Origin: Rickettsiales bacterium
GTDB taxonomy: Bacteria; Pseudomonadota; Alphaproteobacteria; Rickettsiales; UBA3002
Assembly (NCBI GenBank): GCA_022763105.1
Contig: JALEGK010000067.1
Span: 1,811-65,810 of the forward strand
Direction of reading: 5' to 3'
DNA: 64,000 nt
Notes under the pieces: generated by a model
The model's input: only the letters and a program-made list of their open reading frames with translations
The model's database searches: none
What the model was told of the DNA's origin: nothing
Part shown: positions 1 to 10,821 of the stretch, piece by piece
How the letters are laid out: every line of letters begins with the position of its first letter
How positions within the stretch are numbered: the stretch's first letter is position 1
Made by a program: the position numbers and the translations under genes

Positions 1-81
1 GCCAGCAGGCCGAGATGAGGCGCAGCGCGACGCGCAAGCCAATCCACTGTCGCCCACCATTGCACCCATGAGGAGAGGCAT

Positions 82-492
82 ATGACGAATAGTAAAGGCA
101 GTTGCTTGTGTGGAAGCGTAACCCTTCAGTTTGATTCTCCGAATAAATGGTACCATGCCTGCCATTGCGGTATCTGCCGTAAAATGTCTGGTGGCCCGAT
201 GATGGCAGTCCATGCCGGCACGGATGTAGACATCACTAATAGTGACGAAATTACAATCTACTCAACATCCGAATGGATGGAGCGAGGCTTTTGCAAACAA
301 TGTGGCTCGGTAATATTTGCTCGGCTAAAAGAGCAGAAAGAATATTACATCCCTGTTTGGCTACTTGATAATGCCGACGAATATTCGTTCGATTTACAGG
401 TATTCACTGATAATAAGCCGCACAGTTATTGTTTTGCAGAAACCACGAAAATGATGACCGAAGAAGATGTCTATAAGCTATATGCTGGGTGA
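82..492 (+). CDS. GFA-family (CENP-V / glutathione-dependent formaldehyde-activating-like) zinc-binding protein
   Basis: 136 aa. Cys clusters CLCGS, CHCGICRK and CKQCGS are typical of the GFA fold. AGGAGAGG lies 3 nt before the ATG. Confidence 0.75.
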   Translation: MTNSKGSCLCGSVTLQFDSPNKWYHACHCGICRKMSGGPMMAVHAGTDVDITNSDEITIYSTSEWMERGFCKQCGSVIFARLKEQKEYYIPVWLLDNADEYSFDLQVFTDNKPHSYCFAETTKMMTEEDVYKLYAG

Positions 493-498
493 CGATTC

Positions 499-2742
499 TC
501 ACGCCTTCTTCACATAATCAGCCATTAGTTTTTTCGTACCTGCATGTTTGAACGCAATGGTCAGGTGATCACCCTCAACCTTTAACACCACCCCATTACC
601 GAATTTCTGATGGAACACAGGCTGGCCTTTATTAAAGCCATTAGGTTTAGGCGTTGAGGATGGGCTAGGGGACATCGCCGCTTTCATCAGCCCGTCAATT
701 TCCTTCTGGAACATGGCTGGCCCACTCGCACGCTGGCGATGCACACCGCCCTCCATCACCTCAATATGTTCTTCGGGTAATTCCTCAAGAAAACGAGAAG
801 GGATACTCGATTGCCATTGATTATAAATCCGGCGGTTTGCCGCATGACTAATAATACAATGCAGCTTGGCGCGCGTAATGCCCACATAAGCCAAACGGCG
901 TTCTTCCTCTAGGCCGCTAGAGCCTTTTTCATCCATCGAGCGCTGAGAAGGGAACAACCCTTCTTCCCATCCGGTCAAAAACACGACATCAAACTCAAGC
1001 CCCTTAGCGGCATGCAACGTCATGATGCTAACCATCTCATCATCAGGCGTATTGTTATTGCCGCCGTCCGTGACTAAGCCAACATGCTCCAAGAATTGAG
1101 TGAGCGACTCATACTCGCTTAGCGCAAACACCAATTCTCGCAAGTTCTCTATACGTCCAGGCGCTTCGGGCGTTTTATCTTTCTGCCACATTTCTTTGTA
1201 GCCAGACTCATCGAGAATCAATTCGGTCAACTCTGATAGAGGCAGATCATTAAGCTTGGTACGCCACGCCTCGAATTGGTCAATCAATCCGCGCAGAGTA
1301 GTCGCCTGTTTGCCGCGCAAACTTCCATCTTCCAACATTGCCTGAATCGATGAGTAAAGCGATGCATTGTCTTGCCGCGCTCGAGAATGCAGATTCTCGA
1401 TGGTGGCCTTACCCAGCCCGCGCTTGGGTGTATTCACAATCCGCTCCAATGCCAAATCATCATGAGGTTGCGAGACAACGCGCAAATAGGCGACCGCATC
1501 GCGAATCTCCATGCGCTCATAGAATCGTAAGCCGCCGACCACACGATAAGGAACGCCAAGCGTCATGAATCGTTCCTCGAAACTGCGTGTCTGGAAGCCT
1601 GCACGCACCAGCACAGCCATTTCATCAAGCTTGATACCATCACGCTGGAAGGCTTCGACTTCCTCACCAACAAAGCGCCCTTCTTCCGAATCATCCCATA
1701 CCGATTTGATGCGTACCGGATGCCCGCCATCTGCATCGGTCCAAAGCGTCTTGCCCAAACGCCCTTCATTGAAGTCAATCAGATGCGACGCCGCCGCCAG
1801 AATAGGAGAGGTGGAGCGATAATTCTGCTCTAGCCGAATCACTTGCGCATCGGGGAAGTCTTTCTCGAACTTGAGAATATTTCCAACTTCTGCGCCACGC
1901 CAGCCATAGATCGATTGATCATCATCACCGACACAGCAGATATTCTGATGCCCCATCGCAAGCAATCTCAGCCACAAATACTGCGCGATGTTGGTGTCCT
2001 GATACTCATCCACCAGAATATAATGAAAGCGATGCGCATACTCATTGAGGATATGCTGATGCTCGGTAAATAGCGTAATGCAATGAAGTAGCAAATCACC
2101 AAAATCCATCGCATTTAGCGTTTTCAAGCGCGCCTGATAGAGCGGATAGAGTGCTGCTGCTACCGCTCCAACACCATCTTCACCTTGATGCGAGTCTGCA
2201 AGCTTCTCTGGAGTCAACGCCTTATCTTTCCAACCCTGAATGATAGACAGCGCCACTTTGCCTGGACATTTACTGTTATCAATATTCTGCTCGGCCATAA
2301 TCTGTTTAATCAGGCGGTGCTGATCATCGGCATCGAGAATGGTAAATTGTGGCGTGAATCCTAGCGCTTCGGCATGACGACGAAGAATCTTCGCACCAAT
2401 CGAGTGGAAGGTGCCAAGCCATACACCTGAACTCTGCACGGTCTCATCCGGCGAATGCCCAAGCAAGCGATCCACACGCTCGCGCATTTCGGCAGCCGCT
2501 TTGTTGGTAAAGGTAACGGCAAGAATCTGGCCGGCAAAGGCTTTCTTCTGCATTAAAATATGAGCGATACGCGTGGTAAGCACACGTGTTTTGCCGGTTC
2601 CTGCACCCGCCAAAACCAATACCGGCCCATCGACTGCCTCAACAGCCATGCGCTGAGGTTCATTCAACGCTTGCAGGTAATTGGGAGTCGCCATATTCTG
2701 TGTATGTTCAAGCGGTGCTACCGCATCTATTTGCATGGCCAC
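499..2742 (-). CDS. uvrD: UvrD/PcrA-type ATP-dependent DNA helicase
   Basis: 747 aa. Walker A AGAGTGKT, motif VDEYQDTN, TLHAAKGLEF, and a C-terminal Tudor-like tail. The codon at 2742 is GTG. ATG alternatives exist at 2736 and 2694, so the start is uncertain. Confidence 0.9.
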   Translation of the reverse strand: MAMQIDAVAPLEHTQNMATPNYLQALNEPQRMAVEAVDGPVLVLAGAGTGKTRVLTTRIAHILMQKKAFAGQILAVTFTNKAAAEMRERVDRLLGHSPDETVQSSGVWLGTFHSIGAKILRRHAEALGFTPQFTILDADDQHRLIKQIMAEQNIDNSKCPGKVALSIIQGWKDKALTPEKLADSHQGEDGVGAVAAALYPLYQARLKTLNAMDFGDLLLHCITLFTEHQHILNEYAHRFHYILVDEYQDTNIAQYLWLRLLAMGHQNICCVGDDDQSIYGWRGAEVGNILKFEKDFPDAQVIRLEQNYRSTSPILAAASHLIDFNEGRLGKTLWTDADGGHPVRIKSVWDDSEEGRFVGEEVEAFQRDGIKLDEMAVLVRAGFQTRSFEERFMTLGVPYRVVGGLRFYERMEIRDAVAYLRVVSQPHDDLALERIVNTPKRGLGKATIENLHSRARQDNASLYSSIQAMLEDGSLRGKQATTLRGLIDQFEAWRTKLNDLPLSELTELILDESGYKEMWQKDKTPEAPGRIENLRELVFALSEYESLTQFLEHVGLVTDGGNNNTPDDEMVSIMTLHAAKGLEFDVVFLTGWEEGLFPSQRSMDEKGSSGLEEERRLAYVGITRAKLHCIISHAANRRIYNQWQSSIPSRFLEELPEEHIEVMEGGVHRQRASGPAMFQKEIDGLMKAAMSPSPSSTPKPNGFNKGQPVFHQKFGNGVVLKVEGDHLTIAFKHAGTKKLMADYVKKA

Positions 2743-2758
2743 AATCTAATCGGAATCT

Positions 2759-3253
2759 ATGTCAACTCACAAGTCTAGCCCTGTCACTATCCACAAAGCT
2801 GAAGAGAAAGACGCCGACAAGCTCACCTATCTAGCGCATGAGCTAGCAGAGCATGAAGGCATGAACTGTAAAGCAGATGCGAACAGCTTTCGCACGCTTA
2901 TTAAAGATAGCAAGCAGTCACCCGAATGCGAATTATTTACCGCGAAATGCAATAATGAGATTGTCGCCTTCGCGCTGATCTATCCGGGTTATGATTTATC
3001 AACCGACGCTTACGGCTATCATCTAGCCGATATCATCGTTCAGAAAGAACATCGCGGGCAGGGGATTGGCACGCAAATCATGAAGTTTTTAGCCATTTAC
3101 ACGCTCAGACAAGGCCGCGAATGGATCTCTCTCACCGCCTTAGAGCAAAACGAACGAGCCATTGGGTTTTACGAGTCGCTTCATATGGTCAATATGCCGA
3201 TTCGTTTCCTTGCCGCTGGGCGCAACATTTTATCCTCAATGGGCGCAGAGTGA
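2759..3253 (+). CDS. GNAT family N-acetyltransferase
   Basis: 164 aa. Carries the acetyl-CoA motif QKEHRGQGIGTQIM. Confidence 0.8.
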   Translation: MSTHKSSPVTIHKAEEKDADKLTYLAHELAEHEGMNCKADANSFRTLIKDSKQSPECELFTAKCNNEIVAFALIYPGYDLSTDAYGYHLADIIVQKEHRGQGIGTQIMKFLAIYTLRQGREWISLTALEQNERAIGFYESLHMVNMPIRFLAAGRNILSSMGAE

Positions 3254-3319
3254 TGTTGCAGCCAGCAAAAGCATTCGCTACATTTACGACGTGTTAACGC
3301 TAAACCTTAGGGAGATATC

Positions 3320-4696
3320 ATGATTAGGGTTTTATCGTTGGTTTTAGCCCTCACTTTTAGCGTTATCTCTGTCTCTGAAGCTGCCACCAAAATTAATGTC
3401 CGCTCTAGTAAATACGCAGCCCTCGTTATGGATGCGGATACGGGCGAAGTGCTTTTCTCCAGAAATGCGGACAAAAAACGTTATCCCGCATCACTCACCA
3501 AGATGATGACCCTGTATATGCTGTTTGAAGCGCTTTCTTCCGGCGAAGTGTCTATGTCTACACGCCTGAAAGTGTCTGCCAAAGCGGCGTCGCAGCCACA
3601 AACAAATATTAGCCTCAAATCAGGCGAGAGTATTCGCGTGTCAGATGCGATTCGTGCGCTAGTTGTCCGCTCAGCTAACGATGTTGCGCTAGTGATTGCC
3701 GAAGCATTAGCAGGCTCTCAAGCCGCCTTCGCAACGCAAATGACAAAGAAAGCGCGCCAGCTTGGCATGCGCCGTACCGTTTTCAGAAACCCGCATGGCT
3801 TGCCAGATAAAAACCAGTTCACCACTTCTCGTGATATGGCAAAGCTCAGCATCGCGCTACGTCGTGACTTTCCTCAATATTATAATTTCTTCAAAACCAC
3901 GGTTTTCCGCTGGAAGGGCAAGACATACAAATCTCACAATAAGGTGCTAGGGCGCTTTAACGGCGTAGACGGCATTAAAACCGGCTATATCCGCATGTCT
4001 GGCTTCAACCTCGCCACATCAGTAAAGCGTGATGGTTATCATATCGTCGCGGTCGTTATGGGCGGCCAGAATAGTAAAGCGCGCGATAATCATATGCTAT
4101 CGCTTCTATCGCGTACCTTCACCGTGCTAAATGACCGCGGTGATCGCCCACGTGTTTTCGCCAATGCCCCTGTGCCTGTACCGAAACCTGATACGACGCG
4201 CCGTAGCTTCACGACGGTCTCGGCAAAAACTATTGAGGTCGATGACAAGCTCGTCGTTCCACACAGTGAAACGGTTGAGTTGAAAATGGGCAATGCAATT
4301 ATTGTCCCACGAGATAAGCCGGAAGCATTCGCCAATGTTCGCGCTATCTCTACCGCAGCGAAAGAAACGCTGCCGCGCTCTAGCCTGCAACCTGCAAGCT
4401 TAGAGCTTCCATCCAGATCATCTCCAAACTTTAGCAATAGCTGGGGAATACAGGTGGGAGCATTCCAAGATCAAAAAAGTGCGCTATATGCAGCAGCTAA
4501 TGCCGTGAAAATGGCGCGCGACACATTACGCAACTCTAAAATAATGGTGAGCGGCCAAGGTCGCATTGGCAGCACGATTCACCGTGCACGCTTAGCTAAC
4601 CTATCCGAGACCGAGGCGAAGCGCGCCTGCCGCCAACTGGTGGAAAATAATGCACAATGCTTTGTCTTTAAAACGGAACGTCTAGCGGGGCTTTAA
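3320..4696 (+). CDS. Serine-type D-Ala-D-Ala carboxypeptidase (S11) with C-terminal SPOR domain
   Basis: 458 aa. Signal peptide, SxxK (ASLTK), SxN (SAND) and KTG (KTGYI) motifs. The C-terminal WGIQVGAF...[16 protein letters not shown] segment is SPOR-like. RBS is AGGGAG. Confidence 0.85.
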   Translation: MIRVLSLVLALTFSVISVSEAATKINVRSSKYAALVMDADTGEVLFSRNADKKRYPASLTKMMTLYMLFEALSSGEVSMSTRLKVSAKAASQPQTNISLKSGESIRVSDAIRALVVRSANDVALVIAEALAGSQAAFATQMTKKARQLGMRRTVFRNPHGLPDKNQFTTSRDMAKLSIALRRDFPQYYNFFKTTVFRWKGKTYKSHNKVLGRFNGVDGIKTGYIRMSGFNLATSVKRDGYHIVAVVMGGQNSKARDNHMLSLLSRTFTVLNDRGDRPRVFANAPVPVPKPDTTRRSFTTVSAKTIEVDDKLVVPHSETVELKMGNAIIVPRDKPEAFANVRAISTAAKETLPRSSLQPASLELPSRSSPNFSNSWGIQVGAFQDQKSALYAAANAVKMARDTLRNSKIMVSGQGRIGSTIHRARLANLSETEAKRACRQLVENNAQCFVFKTERLAGL

Positions 4697-5640
4697 GCGC
4701 TTTGGCGTAATGCCTTTGGCAGATTGAATTTAATCGTCTCAACAATCCCATCATGCATATGAGTTTCCGTATCAAACTGCGTTGATAGAAACGTCTGCAC
4801 GCGCTCTATCAAAATCTCAGGAGCCGACGCACCAGCGGTGATGCCAACTCTAGAGACGCCATCAAACCACTCAAGCTTGATATCTTTCTCATCCGATATC
4901 AGATAAGAGGGGATCCCATTCTCTTCGCCTAAATCACGCAAACGATTAGAGTTTGAGCTATTGCGAGCACCCACCACTAACAACAAATCCACATCTTGCG
5001 AAATTTCGCGCACAGCTTGCTGACGGTTCTGTGTAGCGTAGCAGATATCATTAACATCAGGCCCTTGAATATCTGGATATTTAGCGCGCAAAGCCGCAAT
5101 AATATCGCGCGTATCATCCACGCTCAGCGTTGTTTGGGTGACGTAGGCGAGCGGAATATCCGCAGGCAGCTCAAGCTTTTCCACATCATCAATATCGGAA
5201 ACCAAATGTACCTTCTTCACGCGGCCACTTGTGCCCTCAACCTCAGGGTGCCCCTCATGACCAATCAGAATAATCTCCGAGCCATCACGTTCATATCGCT
5301 TAGCCTGATAATGCACTTTGGTTACAAGCGGGCAGGTGGCATCGAGTACAGGCAGATTACGATCAAGCGCCGAATTCTCAACAGCTTCCGAAATGCCGTG
5401 CGCGCTAAAGATAGTGACCGCACCATCGGGAATTTCATCAACCTCTTTGACAAAGATCACCCCCTTTGCACTCAGCGTATCCACCACCCATTTATTATGA
5501 ACAATCTCATGGCGGACATAAACAGGCGCACCATATTTCTCTAGCGCCTTTTCAACGATTTCAATGGCACGCTCAACCCCAGCGCAAAACCCTCTCGGTT
5601 GCGCCAAGACAATCGTTAGTGGAGTAGGGGAATTAGCCAT
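4693..5640 (-). CDS. ispH: 4-hydroxy-3-methylbut-2-enyl diphosphate reductase
   Basis: 315 aa. LytB/IspH pattern (GFCAGV, HEIVHN, ATCPLV, SSNSNRL). Its stop overlaps the convergent dac gene by 4 nt. Confidence 0.9.
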   Translation of the reverse strand: MANSPTPLTIVLAQPRGFCAGVERAIEIVEKALEKYGAPVYVRHEIVHNKWVVDTLSAKGVIFVKEVDEIPDGAVTIFSAHGISEAVENSALDRNLPVLDATCPLVTKVHYQAKRYERDGSEIILIGHEGHPEVEGTSGRVKKVHLVSDIDDVEKLELPADIPLAYVTQTTLSVDDTRDIIAALRAKYPDIQGPDVNDICYATQNRQQAVREISQDVDLLLVVGARNSSNSNRLRDLGEENGIPSYLISDEKDIKLEWFDGVSRVGITAGASAPEILIERVQTFLSTQFDTETHMHDGIVETIKFNLPKALRQSA

Positions 5641-6790
5641 TGCTACGAATATGCGAAGCTTCCAGATAACCTTCTGATTGCATCTCTTTTAGACGTGAAA
5701 CGGTACGCTCAAATTCAAACGAGCCATCACCTTTGGGATAAAGATCTTCTTCGCCAACCTCGGCCGAGCAGATCACATTGGTTTTATGCTCATAAAGCGT
5801 ATCAATCAGCGTGACAAAGCGCTTCGCTTCATTGCGCTTCTCAGGCGATAGCTTAGGAATGCCTTTGATAATGATCGTATGGAAGGTGGAGGCAATCTCC
5901 ATATAATCTGAAGCACCAAGTGGTTGTTCGCACAAAGATGCAAAACTGAACCAGCCCACACCGCCCGCAGCGGTTTTAATATCAATTTTACGGCCCAAAA
6001 TCTCAATGGTAACAGGTTTAACCTGTTGACCACGTGTCAGGCTTTGGAATGATTTAATCAGGAATTCATCAGCTTTCGGACCAAGCGGTGTAAAATAGAC
6101 CTGATCCATCGATTTGATTTGCTCTAAGCGATAATCCGTACCGCCTTTAATCTCAGTCACATCCATATGGCCTTTGACAAGCTCAATAAAGGGCAGGAAC
6201 TGATCGCGTTGAATCCCGTTCTTATAAAGCTCATCCGGTTCACGGTTAGAGGTAATAACCACCACCACACCTTTTTGGAACAGGCATGTAAACAGTTTCG
6301 ATAGAATCATCGCATCGGTGACATCAAGCACCTGAAATTCATCTAAGCAAAGCAGGTGAAATTCTTCCGCCAATTGATCAACAACAAGCGGAATCAGCTC
6401 AGCTTCTGGCTCATTCTTACGAATCATGTGAATACGTTCATGCACATCACGCATGAAGGCGTGAAAATGCACGCGGTGTTTATTGGGAATAGGGGCTAGC
6501 TCAAAGAACATATCCATCAGCATGGTTTTACCACGCCCGACACCACCCCAGAGATAAGTGCCGCATCGCGCCGGAATCTTATCCTTGCTTCTAAAGCGGG
6601 CAAAGAATCCCTGACCACGCACACGGAAAGTGTCCGAGCATATGTAATCAAACAAGACCTGCAACGCATCCACCATCCGCTTTTGCGCCAAATCAAAACC
6701 AATGGTTTTGCTCGCTAGCAGAGACGCATAGGCATCAACGGGCGTCTTGGTAGATGCAATAATGTCTTTAATTTGTCCTGAACCACTCAT
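5633..6790 (-). CDS. zapE: AFG1-like ATPase / cell division protein ZapE
   Basis: 385 aa. Walker A GGVGRGKT and Walker B LLCLDEF. Overlaps ispH by 8 nt. Confidence 0.85.
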   Translation of the reverse strand: MSGSGQIKDIIASTKTPVDAYASLLASKTIGFDLAQKRMVDALQVLFDYICSDTFRVRGQGFFARFRSKDKIPARCGTYLWGGVGRGKTMLMDMFFELAPIPNKHRVHFHAFMRDVHERIHMIRKNEPEAELIPLVVDQLAEEFHLLCLDEFQVLDVTDAMILSKLFTCLFQKGVVVVITSNREPDELYKNGIQRDQFLPFIELVKGHMDVTEIKGGTDYRLEQIKSMDQVYFTPLGPKADEFLIKSFQSLTRGQQVKPVTIEILGRKIDIKTAAGGVGWFSFASLCEQPLGASDYMEIASTFHTIIIKGIPKLSPEKRNEAKRFVTLIDTLYEHKTNVICSAEVGEEDLYPKGDGSFEFERTVSRLKEMQSEGYLEASHIRSNG

Positions 6791-6852
6791 TACTTATAAG
6801 ATATTATTTCTTTCTTCACGATGTAACCCATCAATGCTATGAACACAAGCAA

Positions 6853-7698
6853 ATGACTCACTTTATCGACACCCCGCTTAAGTTACGTGAACATTGCAAC
6901 GCTTTATCGGCGGGCGCTGCTACCATTGGTCTGGTTCCCACTATGGGGGCGCTGCATGCAGGGCATATCTCATTGGTGCGATTAGCCAAGCAACAATGCA
7001 GCCATGTCATCGTCAGCATCTTTGTCAATCCAACGCAATTTGGCCCTAACGAAGATTACGAGCGCTACCCAAGAACATTAGAAAAAGACAAGCAATTACT
7101 TGAGCTTGAAGGAATCGACGCCATCTATGCGCCCAGCGCACAGCATATGTACCCCGAAGGATTTAATAGCACTATCCATCTGGGCGGCATGACGGAGATT
7201 TTATGCGGTGCTTCAAGGCCCGGGCATTTTGACGGGGTAACCACAATCGTATGCAAACTGCTTAATCAATCAGGCTGCCATAAAGCCTTCTTCGGCGAAA
7301 AAGACTTCCAGCAGCTTTGCGTCATTAAGCAAATGGTCAACGATTTGGATATGCCGGTTGAAATTATTGGTGGGCATATCATCCGCGAAGCCTCTGGCTT
7401 AGCGCTCTCTTCGCGCAATCAATACCTAACGGAAGTAGAGCACACCATTGCCAGCACCATGAACCATGAGCTAATCGCCTCTGCGGAAAAACTTCACGGT
7501 GGAGAGCCAATCGAGAACACTTTGCAAAACTTAGAAAAAACGTTATTAGGAAATGGTTTTAACTCGGTTGAGTATGTTGAGCTTCGCGATTCAATAACGC
7601 TTGAGCCCGTACAAGCTCTGGTGCGCCCAGCAAGATTATTGGCCGCCGTGAAGCTTGGGAATACTCGGTTAATCGATAATGTAGAGGTTACACCATGA
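6853..7698 (+). CDS. panC: Pantoate--beta-alanine ligase
   Basis: 281 aa. PTMGALHAGH motif, plus GEKDFQQ. Confidence 0.9.
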   Translation: MTHFIDTPLKLREHCNALSAGAATIGLVPTMGALHAGHISLVRLAKQQCSHVIVSIFVNPTQFGPNEDYERYPRTLEKDKQLLELEGIDAIYAPSAQHMYPEGFNSTIHLGGMTEILCGASRPGHFDGVTTIVCKLLNQSGCHKAFFGEKDFQQLCVIKQMVNDLDMPVEIIGGHIIREASGLALSSRNQYLTEVEHTIASTMNHELIASAEKLHGGEPIENTLQNLEKTLLGNGFNSVEYVELRDSITLEPVQALVRPARLLAAVKLGNTRLIDNVEVTP

Positions 7699-8282
7699 AT
7701 AACGATGAAATCATGAGCGAATTTGAGGCTGCTCAAGCCATCCTAAAAGGCCACTTCATTCTGTCTTCGGGCTTACATAGTGACACCTATTTACAATGTG
7801 CCCGCGTCCTCATGGATACCAACCGCGCCGCACGTCTATGTAAAGCGCTGGCAGATAAGGTCCGCGAGCAAATCGATGTGGAATTTGATATGGTCGTCGC
7901 ACCCGCAATGGGTGGTGTGGTTGTTGGTTATGAAATGGGACGCCAGATGAATGTTCCCTCCATTTTCTGCGAAAGAGAGAATTCAGAATTCACGCTGCGT
8001 CGAGGCTTTGACATTGAAGACGGCGCAAATGTGCTTCTCGTCGAAGATGTGGTCACCACTGGTAAATCATCCCTAGAGGCGGCAGAATGTATCCGCGGCT
8101 ACGGTGGAGATATCATTGCTGAAGCCTGTCTGGTAGACCGCAGTGGCGGAGACCATAAGCTAAGCTTCCCGCTTATTTCATTGGTTGAGCTGGAAGTGGC
8201 GACCTATGAGTCGAATAAGCTACCTAACGAGCTGGCAGAAATTCCGCCTATCAAACCGGGCAGTCGCTGGCTGAAGGCTTAG
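7695..8282 (+). CDS. pyrE: Orotate phosphoribosyltransferase
   Basis: 195 aa. PRPP-binding loop LLVEDVVTTGKS. ATGA overlap with panC. Confidence 0.85.
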   Translation: MNNDEIMSEFEAAQAILKGHFILSSGLHSDTYLQCARVLMDTNRAARLCKALADKVREQIDVEFDMVVAPAMGGVVVGYEMGRQMNVPSIFCERENSEFTLRRGFDIEDGANVLLVEDVVTTGKSSLEAAECIRGYGGDIIAEACLVDRSGGDHKLSFPLISLVELEVATYESNKLPNELAEIPPIKPGSRWLKA

Positions 8283-10168
8283 CGTCCTCCAATAATTTCT
8301 GAAGAAGGAATATCCGCGATTCTGTGATGGTCAGAGTGCTGATGGTCCGATGTATGCGCCGCATCCAGATGTGCCGGATAGGGCTGGAACTGCGCAACAG
8401 ATTCATAACACCCTTCAGCTTGCTGGGCCAAAGATTGTAGCAACCAATTATCGGGGTGCATACTTGCTTGCTGAGTGACATCATGATTAAACTGATTGAG
8501 AGCACTTCCAATATTTTTCATAATCTTAACACGCTCTACGCTTCGCACCGAACGGGCTGAACGAAACGCAGGCTCTCTTCGCACATCCTCAATACTTGCC
8601 TCCAATTCTTTTTCTGAAAAGAAGCCGCTGAAGAACACAAATAAACGCCCAAACGTTCCATGATCTGGCGCATCGGGCGTATCAGGCACTTCGACAGCAC
8701 GCTTACTACGTTGGGGAAAGATTTGTTCTGGTCGGTTTTCTGCAAGTTTATCCCAACGGTTTAATTGTGAGGTCAGAGATGCCTGAAGCGTATCTGCAGC
8801 AGCGCGAACACCTTGCGGTAAAGCGGTGGCTCGCTCTTGAAGCGTATCTTCGAGCACTTGCAAATGGTAAAGAATATTACGCCCTTGGGAAGATTGTAGG
8901 GTTTCGTTCAGCGCTACCGCAGAATCAAAAGACATATCCTCTGCCTGGTGAGCGATCATTAGGTGAATGGCGGTACCATAATTTCGAGTATCATGAATGC
9001 TGTAATTCTTAGGCCCAAACAAACCACTTAACCGTGTATGTGTTCCTGCAGCCGTATCATCGATATGGCTAAACATCTCTGCTGTGACAGAGTATTTATC
9101 AGCCATTTGCACAAGTTGATTAGTTAAATAGCTATAAGCTCTCCAAATGATACCACTTCCTTCTTCATTGGCATAATGCATCGTATCTTTAGGTTCTTCA
9201 GTATTACTGGCTTTAATCACATGCCCTTCATCATCTTTCATTTTCAAAACATGCCCGTCCATATCCATAGGAATCCACTGACCAGCATGTACATACCCTT
9301 TTTCATTATGCAGCGATAAATCCGGATTAAAGGGCGGAAGGCCCGGCATAGGGTCACCATATTGATCAAAACGGTAATAATGACCATGCAAATGATGTTC
9401 TAAGCCAGAGCGAAAATAACGATTGCCAACACGAGGCTGACCAAACGTATATAGCCCGTCAATTGGCACATTAGGTTCTTCGGAAATCATACGTGATGCG
9501 GCGATGGTAGCCAAAGCCCCGCCAGAAGAGTGCCCAGTAAATGTTAGATTTCGTGTTTTCGCTAAATCTAAACAATCCTTTTTAATCGCATCCCACAAGC
9601 TATTGCCTTCGCCAGAAACAACAACCCCATCCAGTGCGCTATTAAAACCCCAATGGATTCGAGCCTCTTTATCCTTTAACGCCTCTAAATCTGCTTCATA
9701 TTGTTCAGCTGGCATATCATTCTTTTTGGCTTCTAAAGCCTCTCGCTCTACCTGACGCCCACGCTTACTGAATATCTCTGCAACCGGCTCAAACCATGCC
9801 GCAAAATAACTAGTGAGGTTACGGTTATAATGGCGCAATTGCCAAGGGTTAGACCCTTCAAAAGCTACAATGACATTGTGATCATTAAAGAAAACAACCG
9901 CTTGTTGTGATGCAGAAGAGAAGACATGCGCATGATAGCCATAGACTTTTGCATAGCGCTCAATCTTTTTGCATTCTTTTTCCCAAGACGCCTTGTTGGA
10001 GGATTCAATGGGATTCCAGCTTTTATTATCGCGGTAACAAATATCACTAAGCTCAGCACACACAAGTGCGCGATGCAGGTTCATGTCCGGTGGTGGGGAA
10101 CCATCGGTAGTGAAACGACCACTTTCAATGCCTTTTTGTACAAGGCCTGCTTGATATTTGTTTTCCAT
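8279..10168 (-). CDS. Class-3 (Lipase_3) lipase-domain protein with ~330-aa uncharacterised C-terminal region
   Basis: 629 aa. VIVAFEGS, nucleophile elbow GHSSGGA and YTFGQPRVGN are in the spacing typical of fungal/plant-type class-3 lipases. No signal peptide is visible. The C-terminal half has no motif I recognise. Confidence 0.75.
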   Translation of the reverse strand: MENKYQAGLVQKGIESGRFTTDGSPPPDMNLHRALVCAELSDICYRDNKSWNPIESSNKASWEKECKKIERYAKVYGYHAHVFSSASQQAVVFFNDHNVIVAFEGSNPWQLRHYNRNLTSYFAAWFEPVAEIFSKRGRQVEREALEAKKNDMPAEQYEADLEALKDKEARIHWGFNSALDGVVVSGEGNSLWDAIKKDCLDLAKTRNLTFTGHSSGGALATIAASRMISEEPNVPIDGLYTFGQPRVGNRYFRSGLEHHLHGHYYRFDQYGDPMPGLPPFNPDLSLHNEKGYVHAGQWIPMDMDGHVLKMKDDEGHVIKASNTEEPKDTMHYANEEGSGIIWRAYSYLTNQLVQMADKYSVTAEMFSHIDDTAAGTHTRLSGLFGPKNYSIHDTRNYGTAIHLMIAHQAEDMSFDSAVALNETLQSSQGRNILYHLQVLEDTLQERATALPQGVRAAADTLQASLTSQLNRWDKLAENRPEQIFPQRSKRAVEVPDTPDAPDHGTFGRLFVFFSGFFSEKELEASIEDVRREPAFRSARSVRSVERVKIMKNIGSALNQFNHDVTQQASMHPDNWLLQSLAQQAEGCYESVAQFQPYPAHLDAAHTSDHQHSDHHRIADIPSSEIIGGR

Positions 10169-10235
10169 AGTATTCTTACACGCACTTCTCCGAAGTTTGA
10201 GTGTAGAACAGGAAAGTTTCTAAAAGATTAACGGA

Positions 10236-10778
10236 TTACGTTGCTTTTGCTGGGGAAACCACCATCACAACCTGACGGCCTTCAAAAGATGGTCTGTGCT
10301 CAACTTTGATTTTTTCGCCCAATTCATCCTGAATTTTGGTGAGAAGTTGCATACCAATTTCTTGGTGAGCCATCTCACGTCCACGAAAACGCAGGGTAAA
10401 TTTGACTTTATCACCCGCATCCAAGAATTTGTGCACGGCCTTCATTTTAATGCCAAGGTCATGCGTGTCAATATTAGGGCGAAGCTTAACTTCTTTAATA
10501 TTAACAACCTTTTGCTTCTTCTTGGCCTCATGAGCTTTCTTCTGCTGCTCATATTTATATTTGCCGTAATCAAGAATTTTACAAACAGGAGGGGTGGCGT
10601 TCGGAGATACTTCGACGAGATCAAGGCCAACTTTCTCGGCCATGGTAACACCTTCATCGACAGACACGACGCCCACCATGTTACCTTCATGATCTACTAA
10701 TCGGATTTCAGATGCTCGAATGTCGCGGTTTAAGCGAGGACCGCTATCACGCGTGTTTTTATAGCTCATGGCTACCAA
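10236..10778 (-). CDS. infC: Translation initiation factor IF-3
   Basis: 180 aa. The [16 protein letters not shown]-terminus and C-terminal domain are IF-3-like. The first in-frame start after an upstream TGA is TTG at 10778, with ATG at 10769. A non-ATG start would fit known infC autoregulation. Confidence 0.9.
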   Translation of the reverse strand: MVAMSYKNTRDSGPRLNRDIRASEIRLVDHEGNMVGVVSVDEGVTMAEKVGLDLVEVSPNATPPVCKILDYGKYKYEQQKKAHEAKKKQKVVNIKEVKLRPNIDTHDLGIKMKAVHKFLDAGDKVKFTLRFRGREMAHQEIGMQLLTKIQDELGEKIKVEHRPSFEGRQVVMVVSPAKAT

Positions 10779-10821
10779 TCATATTCAACAGTTATCTCCT
10801 ATGTAATTAGACAAATGCAAC

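Noticed and set aside
1-81. Fragment of a neighbouring gene at the left edge (for example a minus-strand ATG at 69 giving MGAMVGDSGLACAS..., or a plus-strand C-terminus)
   Set aside because: It is too short to assign a frame, strand or function, so I left it unannotated.
4996-5544. 182-aa plus-strand ORF inside ispH
   Set aside because: It lies antisense to a complete, motif-bearing ispH and has no independent support.
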